From a virus (lineage: Duplodnaviria; Caudoviricetes): a stretch of DNA of 40,435 nt. The stretch is from the IMG/VR virus record IMGVR_UViG_3300025723_001431, positions 1 to 40,435 of that record; one strand, given 5' to 3'. The notes beneath the pieces are model-generated. The model was given only the letters and a program-made list of their open reading frames with translations, did no database searches and was not told the DNA's origin. Positions 8,031 to 16,260 of this stretch are shown here, piece after piece. Both the position numbers and the translations under genes were made by a program. How positions within the stretch are numbered: the first letter of the stretch is position 1; every line of letters begins with the position of its first letter.

Positions 8031-8048
8031 TGTTGTTTTAAAACAACA
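8031..8048. promoter_or_regulatory. Perfect 18-bp palindrome TGTTGTTTTAAAACAACA (box copy 3), 16 nt upstream of the -35
   Basis: Read directly; same offset from the -35 as copy 2. Confidence 0.7.
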
Positions 8049-8111
8049 TCTTTATTTCAAAGGCGGACATACCTACTTATAATGAAAATCGAGTAAATAA
8101 GTGGTAAACTT

Positions 8112-8294
8112 TTAATTATACCAATTTTCATCGTCCGAGGCATGAGCTTCATCTTGTTGCAAGATTACTTCTTCCTCATGCTGGGTTAATAATTTCTTAA
8201 TTTCAGCATGTTCATTTCGATGTTTACTGTTTGTGTAACTGTAATCATCATTGTACTCTTTATTTTTTCTAAACTTACCAACAAACTTAGTCAC
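8112..8294 (-). CDS. Hypothetical protein (60 aa, GTG start)
   Basis: AGGAG SD; basic N-terminus, acidic C-terminus. Confidence 0.7.
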   Translation of the reverse strand: MTKFVGKFRKNKEYNDDYSYTNSKHRNEHAEIKKLLTQHEEEVILQQDEAHASDDENWYN

Positions 8295-8303
8295 TTACTA
8301 CTC

Positions 8304-8675
8304 CTATTTCAACGTTTCAAATGTAATACCTTTAATCTTCTGCTCAGGCATATTGTGCATGTCCATATCCGAAACATAGGTAATATCGGCATATGGGTAA
8401 CAAATCTTTACTATCTTTAATAATTGACAAACCGTACCATCAGAATCATTAAAAGAAAATATTTCATCAACACACCGTAAATTTTTTACAATCTCACGGC
8501 GTGTATCATATTCTTGTACATAACCACCCTCAGACCATCGCATCCACCAATCAGAATGAATTCCAACGACAAGCCAATCACCTTTACTCTTACATCTCTG
8601 TAAGAGTTTTAATTCCTTCTGTGTAAGTGGATCGAATGTGCCAGTTGTTATTATTATTTTTTCTGGTAGTTGCAT
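8304..8675 (-). CDS. Cytidylyltransferase-like (TagD/RfaE-type) protein with degenerate HxGH motif
   Basis: TGTFDPL, GDWLVVGIHSD, RREIVKNLRCVDEI; HxGH position reads TQKE. Confidence 0.8.
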   Translation of the reverse strand: MQLPEKIIITTGTFDPLTQKELKLLQRCKSKGDWLVVGIHSDWWMRWSEGGYVQEYDTRREIVKNLRCVDEIFSFNDSDGTVCQLLKIVKICYPYADITYVSDMDMHNMPEQKIKGITFETLK

Positions 8676-9100
8676 TATGGTAATAGTGTTGGAAATGCCT
8701 CTTTAATAAATTTATAATTTAATCCTTTAACACCCAAATCTTTATTGAAAATACCAATAACGACTTCAGCTTCACGGGGTTCTAATCCTTCTAAAATTTG
8801 AATTAGAATCTCGGTTCGTTTTCTCGGAGTTAACCGTTCTGCTGCAGGATTGCCTTTTTCAAACAAATACAATTTTCTTAATTCACTAGACATTTGAGTT
8901 CTAGTTAAACCTGGCATTTGATCACTAGGTATTTTGTAATCATCTGGCATTTCAGTTATCAACCATTGAAAATTAGGATGATAAGTTAGTTGTAATACAT
9001 CAACAAAGGTTTTCGATAGATTCTTTTCTATCACTTGCATCTTTGCTTTTTTGGAATCTGCCAATTCAAATTCGTCCAAAATTTCATAAATGTTTTTCAT
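8675..9100 (-). CDS. Conserved T4-like hypothetical protein downstream of rnh
   Basis: ELRKLYLF..FIQ-like ILIQILEGLEPREAEV..KEAFP pattern typical of T4-like phages. Confidence 0.75.
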   Translation of the reverse strand: MKNIYEILDEFELADSKKAKMQVIEKNLSKTFVDVLQLTYHPNFQWLITEMPDDYKIPSDQMPGLTRTQMSSELRKLYLFEKGNPAAERLTPRKRTEILIQILEGLEPREAEVVIGIFNKDLGVKGLNYKFIKEAFPTLLP

Positions 9101-9948
9101 TAAAATTCCTCAATTACTTCCATTAGGTTTTTCAGTTTATGCTCAATAAAATAATTTAGCAATTTGCCTTTAGCAGGCTTTGTTTCTTCATAGGTATTTA
9201 TAATCTTCTCTTTGATCTCAGTTGGAATCTGTGTTAGGTCGATTAATACCTTATTACGGGAAAATCCTGATACCGCATCAGCCGTCCAGTTAGGATGTGT
9301 TAAATCTTCATTCAATATTTTATCCAACATACCCTTAGTGATTGGCTTTTGACGGAGGTCTCGAACAAAACAATCTGAAGGAGAGAATATGTTTGGAATA
9401 CCATCACCTTTATCTCCACGAATAATTTTCTCTTTGAGTTCCAACAATGGATCAACAGACTTTACATATTTCTTTTGTGAAGGGTTGTATTGTTTAACAT
9501 TTGCACCATACTGTTGTAATTGCAAGAAGTCACCATCACTAGAAAGAATTAAAATCTTCTGGTGTGGTGCATGACGAGGAACTAATGTACCGATAATGTC
9601 ATCAGCCTCAGCACCATCAACATCAATTACTTTATATGGGAAATAATCACGGAGTTCTTGTTTGAATTTGGCCAACATATCGAAAATCATGTGCCAGTCT
9701 AAATCGGACTTTTCACGGGTTTTCTTACGACCAGCTTTGTAGAATGGGAAATACTCTTTGCGCCAATACTTACGATTATCACAACATAATACCACTTCAC
9801 CATATTCACCTTTAAAGTTTTTAACATGGTTACGAATGATATTTAAAATCATGTGACGGATGAGATGTTCATCCAATTTGCCTTTTTGGTTGGCAATCTG
9901 TGCCATAAGTCCGGCAAGTAATACTTGGTTTAAGTCAATAAGGATCAT
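9100..9948 (-). CDS. rnh: T4-type RNase H (5'-3' exonuclease, FEN family)
   Basis: MILIDLNQ, YWRK..FPFYKAGRKK, EADDIIG, SSDGDFLQL, GDKGDGIPN. Confidence 0.93.
   Translation of the reverse strand: MILIDLNQVLLAGLMAQIANQKGKLDEHLIRHMILNIIRNHVKNFKGEYGEVVLCCDNRKYWRKEYFPFYKAGRKKTREKSDLDWHMIFDMLAKFKQELRDYFPYKVIDVDGAEADDIIGTLVPRHAPHQKILILSSDGDFLQLQQYGANVKQYNPSQKKYVKSVDPLLELKEKIIRGDKGDGIPNIFSPSDCFVRDLRQKPITKGMLDKILNEDLTHPNWTADAVSGFSRNKVLIDLTQIPTEIKEKIINTYEETKPAKGKLLNYFIEHKLKNLMEVIEEF
9195..9202 (-). promoter_or_regulatory. Possible late promoter TATAAATA inside the 3' end of rnh
   Basis: Exact gp55 consensus about 95 nt upstream of the next gene; could be chance in AT-rich DNA. Confidence 0.35.
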
Positions 9949-9979
9949 AATAAACTTTCAATAGTTTCAGTAAGATTCT

Positions 9980-10008
9980 ATTGTATCACTTTTCTAACAG
10001 TTTGTCAA
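9980..10008 (-). promoter_or_regulatory. Sigma70-type promoter TTGACA-17-TACAAT upstream of rnh
   Basis: Consensus -35, 17-nt spacer. Confidence 0.8.
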
Positions 10009-10327
10009 ATGTTCTTTGGATAAACGCTTCGGAAGTGGTAGTCATTCTGGCAATAATACCAAACCAATCAATACCAAGCATTCTGGTGATGTAGGTAGCA
10101 GGATCAATCAAAACAGCACTAAACTGTTCCACATCAACCAATTCGCCATCAGGTGCTTCTCGGAATAAGATGATGTGATATTCATCACCCATCACGGAAC
10201 CACCTACCTTCTCACCAGGTTCTTTGTATGCTGCACTTTCTAAGTGTATTGAATCTTCTTTTTCTCCTGGTAGAAAAAAGAAGGCGTCAAAGGGTTCATT
10301 CTTGAGTTCCTTTGGAATTTCGATCAT
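9986..10327 (-). CDS. Hypothetical protein (113 aa)
   Basis: ORF with AAGGA SD. Confidence 0.7.
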   Translation of the reverse strand: MIEIPKELKNEPFDAFFFLPGEKEDSIHLESAAYKEPGEKVGGSVMGDEYHIILFREAPDGELVDVEQFSAVLIDPATYITRMLGIDWFGIIARMTTTSEAFIQRTFDKLLEK

Positions 10328-10736
10328 TGTAGTCCTTGAGGTGTGATTTTCGTATTCTTACCATTATCCATGAATTATAGTAATCATCAGATTCCATAAC
10401 ACCACGGACAAATTGTTCTTTTGCTTCGAGATAACCACATTCACCTTTAGAACGGCAAAGATATAGAATCTCTCTAGAAAAGTTGTCATGACCTAATGAT
10501 AACACATCTTGCTTCAATGTGTCACTACTTCCATAGTAAGTTTGCCAATCACTTGGAACTTTTAATTTCTTCTTTTTACCTTTGACTATCTTGGTTTTGG
10601 CAGAGTAAAAGAATTTCTTGCCTATGTATTTTCTACCATTCGTCAGGTTTTTAATCTGATACACGAACCCGTAATTATCACCAATCAAGTCATCGGTAAA
10701 ATCTAAATCATTATACTGCCAATTTAATCGTCCCAT
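10296..10736 (-). CDS. GIY-YIG superfamily nuclease-like protein
   Basis: YGFVYQIKNLTNGRKYIGKK, YYGSS, YLEAKEQF, YYN. Confidence 0.75.
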   Translation of the reverse strand: MGRLNWQYNDLDFTDDLIGDNYGFVYQIKNLTNGRKYIGKKFFYSAKTKIVKGKKKKLKVPSDWQTYYGSSDTLKQDVLSLGHDNFSREILYLCRSKGECGYLEAKEQFVRGVMESDDYYNSWIMVRIRKSHLKDYNDRNSKGTQE

Positions 10737-10912
10737 CCTTCATTATCCATTTCATTATCCTCCTCTATATATTCTTCGGATAATTCATCGATAACTTCAC
10801 CACAGAATGGACAATGTTCAGGCAAATCTTGAGAGACCATTTCTTCCATAAATGCTATACTGTATGTTGATTCACAATTGGCACAATCGCCAGATAATTG
10901 CTTTTGAGTCAT
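10724..10912 (-). CDS. Small zinc-ribbon protein
   Basis: CANC...CPFCG with acidic tail. Confidence 0.75.
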   Translation of the reverse strand: MTQKQLSGDCANCESTYSIAFMEEMVSQDLPEHCPFCGEVIDELSEEYIEEDNEMDNEGWDD

Positions 10913-10921
10913 TTATATTCC

Positions 10922-11908
10922 TTATTTGGCCCATACATCACCCCAATCTCCAGATAAAGCACCTTTTGCATAATCGGTTGCTCGGTTCTCAAAGAAGTTG
11001 GTATGTGTTGGTGCATTAATCATTTCTTCTACCCACGGTAAAGGATTTCTTTTCACTTTAAACACACCTTTTAATCCCAATGAGATTAGACGGCGGTCTG
11101 CAATATAACGAATATACTTCTTAACATCTTCGGCAGATAAATCTTCCATTGCACCCATCTTAAAAGCAAGGTCAATGAATTTATCTTCTAATTCTACCAT
11201 TCTCTCAGCGATAGTATAAAGTCTACCTTTGAGTTCGTCATTCCAAATTTCATTATTTTCTTGTATATATGTTCGGAACAATTTCACCATATTTTCGGTG
11301 TGTTGTGTTTCATCAACAATAGACCAAGTTACAATCTGCCCCATGCCTTTCATTTTACCGTGGCGTGGGAAATTTAATAGCATAATGAAAGATGAGAATA
11401 ACTGCATGCCTTCAGTAAATGCTGAGAATACAGCAATATGAGTTGCAGTGTTCTCTTTTGTGGTGTTATTTGCGGAGATGTCCATGACATAATCATGTTT
11501 TTCTTTCATCTCAGCATATTCCATAAACTCATTGTATGTTGTGTCTGGAAGACCCAAGGTTTCAATCAGGTGTGAATAAGCAGCAATGTGTAATGCTTCT
11601 CTTGCAGCAAACCCCAAGAGCATCATACGAATCTCTGGTTGTGGAAAGTAAGGTAGATAATTATTAACATAACCACCAGCCACATCAATATCACCTTGTG
11701 TGAAGAACCTGAAGATGTGTGTTAGAAATTGTTTTTCTTCTTTAGTTAATTTCTTTTTCCAATCTTTAACATCTTCCATCATTGGAACTTCGGTGTGAAG
11801 CCAATGGGATTGTTCATGTTTCAGCCAAGCATCATAAGCCCAAGCGTAGTTAAAAGGTTTAAAATAGGACCGCTCATCGGTAACTCTTGATTGGTGTTTT
11901 TTTATCAT
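10922..11908 (-). CDS. nrdB: Ribonucleotide reductase class Ia beta subunit
   Basis: FFTQGD, REALHIAAY (radical Tyr), EGMQLFSSF, DETQH, NFFENRATDY. Confidence 0.96.
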   Translation of the reverse strand: MIKKHQSRVTDERSYFKPFNYAWAYDAWLKHEQSHWLHTEVPMMEDVKDWKKKLTKEEKQFLTHIFRFFTQGDIDVAGGYVNNYLPYFPQPEIRMMLLGFAAREALHIAAYSHLIETLGLPDTTYNEFMEYAEMKEKHDYVMDISANNTTKENTATHIAVFSAFTEGMQLFSSFIMLLNFPRHGKMKGMGQIVTWSIVDETQHTENMVKLFRTYIQENNEIWNDELKGRLYTIAERMVELEDKFIDLAFKMGAMEDLSAEDVKKYIRYIADRRLISLGLKGVFKVKRNPLPWVEEMINAPTHTNFFENRATDYAKGALSGDWGDVWAK

Positions 11909-11911
11909 TTT

Positions 11912-12142
11912 CTATTTTGTAAACCAAATAATTGTTGCTATAATGTTGACTACAAAGAAATACGAATTTTGCAACATCAACGGCTTGTTTTTGTGTGTTT
12001 TATAAAAATCATATAATAATACGGCATGTGCAATTACGAAACCTGGAAATGCCCACTTAAGCCAAGGTAATTGAAAAGCAACTGAAGTTCCTCCAAAGAT
12101 AAACAATGCAGTTGATATCCACTTAATGTCAAATTGTTTCAT
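11912..12142 (-). CDS. Small multi-pass membrane protein between nrdA and nrdB
   Basis: Three hydrophobic segments in 76 aa. Confidence 0.7.
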   Translation of the reverse strand: MKQFDIKWISTALFIFGGTSVAFQLPWLKWAFPGFVIAHAVLLYDFYKTHKNKPLMLQNSYFFVVNIIATIIWFTK

Positions 12143-12145
12143 TTA

Positions 12146-13933
12146 TCATCCTTCACAAGCAATACAATCATTGCCTTGTGCTAGTTGTGTCATATCAAGT
12201 TCTTTAATAACTTGTCGTTCAATTCTTTTTGAAACCTTATCAGCTTTACCAATCTTTTCTGAACGGCAATAATATAAAGTTTTCAATCCTTTTTTCCATG
12301 CCATAAAATGAATAGCGTGAATGTATTTGATATGTGCATCAGGCCTAAAAAATACATTTAATGATTGGGCTTGATCGATATATTGTTGGCGGTCGGCTGC
12401 GTGCTCGATAACCCATCGTTGGTCGATTTCCATTCCTGTTTTGAAAATATCACGTTCTGCCTCAGAGAGTATATCAAGGTGATGACAAGACCCATCATTA
12501 GCAATAATAGAACTCCAAGCATCAGCGTAAGCTTGCTCATTACCATTTGTTTTTTCCTTAATAATTTTATCTAACCATTTATTTTTATTTAAGTGAGAAC
12601 CTGATAAAGTATCTTGGCGATAAGCATTGGCACGGTAAGGTTCAATAGAAGGAGAAGTATTCCCCATGATAATGGAAGAAGAAGCATTGGGAGCAATAGC
12701 CATAACATGACTAAACCTACGACCAGTACCAGCTGCATCGGGAGCTTCACCTCTTTCGGTACCCAGCTGAATATTTGCATCATCTAGTCCTCGTCTGATT
12801 GATTTAAAAATTCTATTGTTTGCAACTTTCGCCATAACACCCTCAAAAGCAATATGATTCCTTTGCAAATAAGCATGGAAACCAAGAGCACCAATACCAA
12901 TGGACCGCTCTCGTTGAGCTGAATATTTGGCACGAGCAATTGTATCTGGGGCATTATCAATAAAGTAACACAATACGTTATCAAGCATCTCAGCAACGTC
13001 TTTAAGAAAAAGGGTATCATCTTTCCACTCATCATAGGTTTCTAGGTTTAAAGAAGATAAACAACATACGGCTGTTCGTTGTTCGTTTGTAGGTAAAATA
13101 ATTTCAGAGCAAAGGTTTGATTGATGAATCTTCAAGCCTAAGTCTTTTAACCATTGCGGCATTTCACGGTTACTAGTATCAATGAAGTGAAGGTATGGTT
13201 CACCTGTGTGCATACGAATTTCTAGAATCATCTGCCATAACATTTTGGCCGATACAACTTCTCGTACTTCACCCGAATGTGGATCTGTTAATGTCCAAGA
13301 ATCATCGGCTTCAGGATCCAACATACATTTTTCAATAATTTCCATGAAAGCATCTGTAATGTTAATGCCATGGTGTAGATTTAAACAACGCTGATTTGGA
13401 TCACCAGTTGGCTTACGCATTTCTAGAAAAGGAATAATATCAGGATGAGATATATCAAGGTAAGCGGCATAAGAACCACGGCGAGTACGACCTTGGCGAT
13501 AAGCCAGAGAACTTGCATCATACATTTTAAGATGTGGTAGTACACCGGTAGACTTGTCATCAGCGGATCTAATACCAAAGCCAATACCAACACCACCCCC
13601 AAGCATTGATAGCCAATTTGTTTCAGAGAGATTTTCAACTAGACCTTCCGCAGTATCTTCAATATAGTTAAGGAAACATGATATAGGCATACCACGCTTA
13701 GAACGGCCAAAAGATAAAATGGGAGTAGAATAAGAAAGCCAATGTTTACTACTGTAATCATAAAGTCTTTGTGCATGATCTTTATTACTCCCGAATGTTT
13801 TTGATACAAATGCGAATCTTTGTTGTGGTGAAGTTTCATCTTCCTTCATATATGATTCTTGTAATCGCTTGATGCCTAATTCATCAAATAGTTTATCACG
13901 TTCCAAGTCAATTTTAATGCCAAGGTATTCCAT
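12146..13933 (-). CDS. nrdA: Ribonucleotide reductase class Ia alpha subunit (no ATP cone)
   Basis: ISCFL, GGGVG, QGRTRRGS, SNLCSEI, IAPNASSS, TLYY, C-terminal CIACEG. Confidence 0.96.
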   Translation of the reverse strand: MEYLGIKIDLERDKLFDELGIKRLQESYMKEDETSPQQRFAFVSKTFGSNKDHAQRLYDYSSKHWLSYSTPILSFGRSKRGMPISCFLNYIEDTAEGLVENLSETNWLSMLGGGVGIGFGIRSADDKSTGVLPHLKMYDASSLAYRQGRTRRGSYAAYLDISHPDIIPFLEMRKPTGDPNQRCLNLHHGINITDAFMEIIEKCMLDPEADDSWTLTDPHSGEVREVVSAKMLWQMILEIRMHTGEPYLHFIDTSNREMPQWLKDLGLKIHQSNLCSEIILPTNEQRTAVCCLSSLNLETYDEWKDDTLFLKDVAEMLDNVLCYFIDNAPDTIARAKYSAQRERSIGIGALGFHAYLQRNHIAFEGVMAKVANNRIFKSIRRGLDDANIQLGTERGEAPDAAGTGRRFSHVMAIAPNASSSIIMGNTSPSIEPYRANAYRQDTLSGSHLNKNKWLDKIIKEKTNGNEQAYADAWSSIIANDGSCHHLDILSEAERDIFKTGMEIDQRWVIEHAADRQQYIDQAQSLNVFFRPDAHIKYIHAIHFMAWKKGLKTLYYCRSEKIGKADKVSKRIERQVIKELDMTQLAQGNDCIACEG

Positions 13934-13952
13934 AGTATTTGCCTTATTATTG

Positions 13953-14075
13953 TTATTGTGCTACAAATTCTTTAATCATTGGGAAGATTGGTTCGATTGC
14001 ATTAACGCATGCGAGAGCAACTTTTCTGTGTTCTTTTTGTGTTTCGATTCCGCTTCGGAGTTGTATATAGTGTAC
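13953..14075 (-). pseudogene. thyX: C-terminal relic (40 codons) of flavin-dependent thymidylate synthase ThyX
   Basis: Hand translation after the TAG of the upstream ORF, same frame: S*VHYIQLRSGIETQKEHRKVALACVNAIEPIFPMIKEFVAQ, matching the ThyX tail SW.HY..LR...TQ.EHR.A....FP. Confidence 0.8.
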
Positions 14076-14552
14076 CTAACTTTCATCACCATAACTCCAA
14101 ATTTCCTTTTTATATTCTTCTGACCATAAATCATAGTACCCGGTCTTTTTCAATTTTTCACGAGCTTTTAATAGTTTATCTCTAGGCTGTACTAGTATTA
14201 CGGGATATTCACCGTTACTTGTATTCACTCCATTAATGAATCCAGGATTGTCCGGATGATCTTTCAAAAATATCATATGAGGCATTTTTTCTTGTAATCT
14301 AGTTATAATACTTAACAAATCATCATCTGTCAAGTTTTTCTTCAAATTATAAAAAATAATTACCTCAAAATCATCAGGAGTTGATTCAATGTATCTTAAT
14401 ATATATAATTCACTTTCATATCCGATGTATGAATAATGAACTTTCTTTTCTTTTAATGCTTTTTTAGCAAAAGGACAAATATTAAATTCACCACCTAGTT
14501 CACTTCGTTTTTTTGAAAGCTTTTTTACCCAACCAATTAAATCTTTTTCCAA
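14076..14552 (-). CDS. Hypothetical protein with ICPFAK motif (DUF1415-like), TTG start
   Basis: WVKKL..FNICPFAKKA..DHPD..ILVQ..REKLKKTGYYDLW; GGAG SD inside the primase end. Confidence 0.7.
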   Translation of the reverse strand: MEKDLIGWVKKLSKKRSELGGEFNICPFAKKALKEKKVHYSYIGYESELYILRYIESTPDDFEVIIFYNLKKNLTDDDLLSIITRLQEKMPHMIFLKDHPDNPGFINGVNTSNGEYPVILVQPRDKLLKAREKLKKTGYYDLWSEEYKKEIWSYGDES

Positions 14553-15553
14553 TTCACAAACTCCATCTTAGCTCTTAAATTTATAAAAGTATTTTTATTT
14601 ACAATATCTTGAATTTCTTCTGGTGAAAAATCATATTCCAATACCATTTCATTAACATCTTTTTGTGTAATGAATTCTGGCCAAATGACAATATTAAAAT
14701 GATTGTCTATTGCGTGTTCCATCTTCGCCACGATCTCTTTGTTACGAGGTTCGTTATCAAACACTAACGCAACCTTGGACTTGTCCAATACACTAGTAAT
14801 TGATTCTAAGTTAGAGTCTGCTGTTGCCACACCATTTTCTAAAAACATTGAATCAATAGGACCTTCGGTAACATAAATCATTGCTTCGTTATTGGCACGA
14901 TCCAATCCAAAGACCTTCTTATTATCATCGTGGAGTTTTAATGTGATATACCTGAGTTTCGATTCACCCAACGAGCGGCCTTGGACAGCCATGAGGTTTT
15001 TCTCTTTGTCATAAAACGGAATGACGAGCCGTTTGTCATCTTTATAAAGACCCTCTTTCTCAATCCCAAGAGTTTGTATGAAGGCTGCAAAGTCTTCCGC
15101 ATAGTATAATTGCGATAGAAAGGTCTCTGGAATCCTTCTTTGCTGAACATACACCTTAGCAAAATGCACCTCTGGTAACGAGTCGAGTGTTGGAAGTTCC
15201 AAGGCTTTCTTGAAGATTGGCTTCTCCGTTTTGAATTCTTCAAAGTCCGGTTTTGGATAGTTATTGTTTCCCGTTTCTCCATTTTTATATCTCTCCAATT
15301 GATATTCTTGTAATAAGTTGGGATCAACCTGTTTCAAAAAATTATAAAATGTGGTAGATATACCACAATTGTGGCACATATAGAAATAATCGTTCTTTTT
15401 ACGGAACATAAATCCACGGGCTTTAGTTTTATTCTTTTGGGAATCTCCACAAAGTGGGCACCTAAAGTTATAAAGATCATCCTTTTTACGGGAGAACCTC
15501 TGTAATTTGGGGGACACTTGGAGGAGAAAAGTTCTGTCGATGTAAACGCTCAT
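14537..15553 (-). CDS. DNA primase (T4 gp61-like)
   Basis: YNFRCPLCGDS..CHNCG zinc finger, RLVIPF, QGRSL, TOPRIM YVTEGPIDSMF, VFDNEPRN, KDVNEM. Confidence 0.95.
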   Translation of the reverse strand: MSVYIDRTFLLQVSPKLQRFSRKKDDLYNFRCPLCGDSQKNKTKARGFMFRKKNDYFYMCHNCGISTTFYNFLKQVDPNLLQEYQLERYKNGETGNNNYPKPDFEEFKTEKPIFKKALELPTLDSLPEVHFAKVYVQQRRIPETFLSQLYYAEDFAAFIQTLGIEKEGLYKDDKRLVIPFYDKEKNLMAVQGRSLGESKLRYITLKLHDDNKKVFGLDRANNEAMIYVTEGPIDSMFLENGVATADSNLESITSVLDKSKVALVFDNEPRNKEIVAKMEHAIDNHFNIVIWPEFITQKDVNEMVLEYDFSPEEIQDIVNKNTFINLRAKMEFVNWKKI

Positions 15554-15561
15554 AATGTACT

Positions 15562-15590
15562 ATGATACTACATTAATATTACTTTGTCAA
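15562..15590 (-). promoter_or_regulatory. Sigma70-type promoter TTGACA-17-TATCAT, 8 nt from the primase ATG
   Basis: Consensus -35, 17-nt spacer, no SD between the -10 and the ATG. Confidence 0.7.
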
Positions 15591-16013
15591 TAGATGACCG
15601 AAAAGTTCTGTTCCACGGGAAATAATAAATGTCAAGGCAATAATACCACCGGCAATCATCCATTTCCATTGGGAAAGACCATCTACTTTCATGGATTCGG
15701 TTTCAGTTTTCTTTAACAATTCTCTACGGAGTTCTTTGATTTCTTCCATAATTCGTAGTTCTGTAATTTGTACTTTATCGATAACCACATCAATACGATC
15801 ATGAATTTCTTTTATTTCAGCGTCTTTTTCCACTCTACGATTTTCCAAGGCATTGTACATTTGACTGGCATATTTTTCTTGTTGATCCACAAGTTTAATA
15901 ATAATTGTATCCATCTTATGACAAAGATTTGTCATTGTAACTATCTGTGATTTTAATACTTCTACATCAACCCTAATATTGGTCATTGTATTCATATCAA
16001 TAGAATCTACCAT
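15579..16013 (-). CDS. Coiled-coil protein with C-terminal membrane anchor
   Basis: Heptad-like helices followed by QWKWMIAGGIIALTFII. Confidence 0.75.
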   Translation of the reverse strand: MVDSIDMNTMTNIRVDVEVLKSQIVTMTNLCHKMDTIIIKLVDQQEKYASQMYNALENRRVEKDAEIKEIHDRIDVVIDKVQITELRIMEEIKELRRELLKKTETESMKVDGLSQWKWMIAGGIIALTFIISRGTELFGHLLTK

Positions 16014-16014
16014 A

Positions 16015-16260
16015 TTATTTGGTGTTATCTTCTTGTGTTAAAGTTGGTTCAGTATCACGTTTTACCCAAAGTCCGGCTGAGTGTACACCAACAACTGCGG
16101 CGATTGTTCTACCAAATTCATCCAAACTGAAGGTAGTGTGAATTATTTGATATATTGCAAAACCAATAACCGCAAATAAACAAACCATCCAAGATACACG
16201 ACCTAGGTCTAATGTTTGGTTATCTTTTCCTGTTAATAATTGTTTTGCAATATCTATCAT
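16015..16260 (-). CDS. Putative holin (2 TM)
   Basis: LLTGKDNQTLDLGRV, two hydrophobic helices, charged tail, next to endolysin and spanins. Confidence 0.6.
   Translation of the reverse strand: MIDIAKQLLTGKDNQTLDLGRVSWMVCLFAVIGFAIYQIIHTTFSLDEFGRTIAAVVGVHSAGLWVKRDTEPTLTQEDNTK

Noticed and set aside
8074-8102. Divergent TATAAGTA (-) and GTAAATAAGT (+) late-promoter-like words
   Set aside because: Imperfect matches in AT-rich DNA and no + strand gene downstream
10296-10736. GIY-YIG gene as a mobile homing endonuclease
   Set aside because: Only 146 aa with no C-terminal DNA-binding modules and no intron context; more like a resident T4-like gene
10922-13933. Introns or inteins in nrdA/nrdB
   Set aside because: Both frames are continuous and compact, with no splicing motifs
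14076-14078. Genome-wide TAG recoding suggested by the in-frame amber before the ThyX tail
   Set aside because: Conserved genes are uninterrupted in the standard code, and TAG ends genes normally at 27721 and 33534
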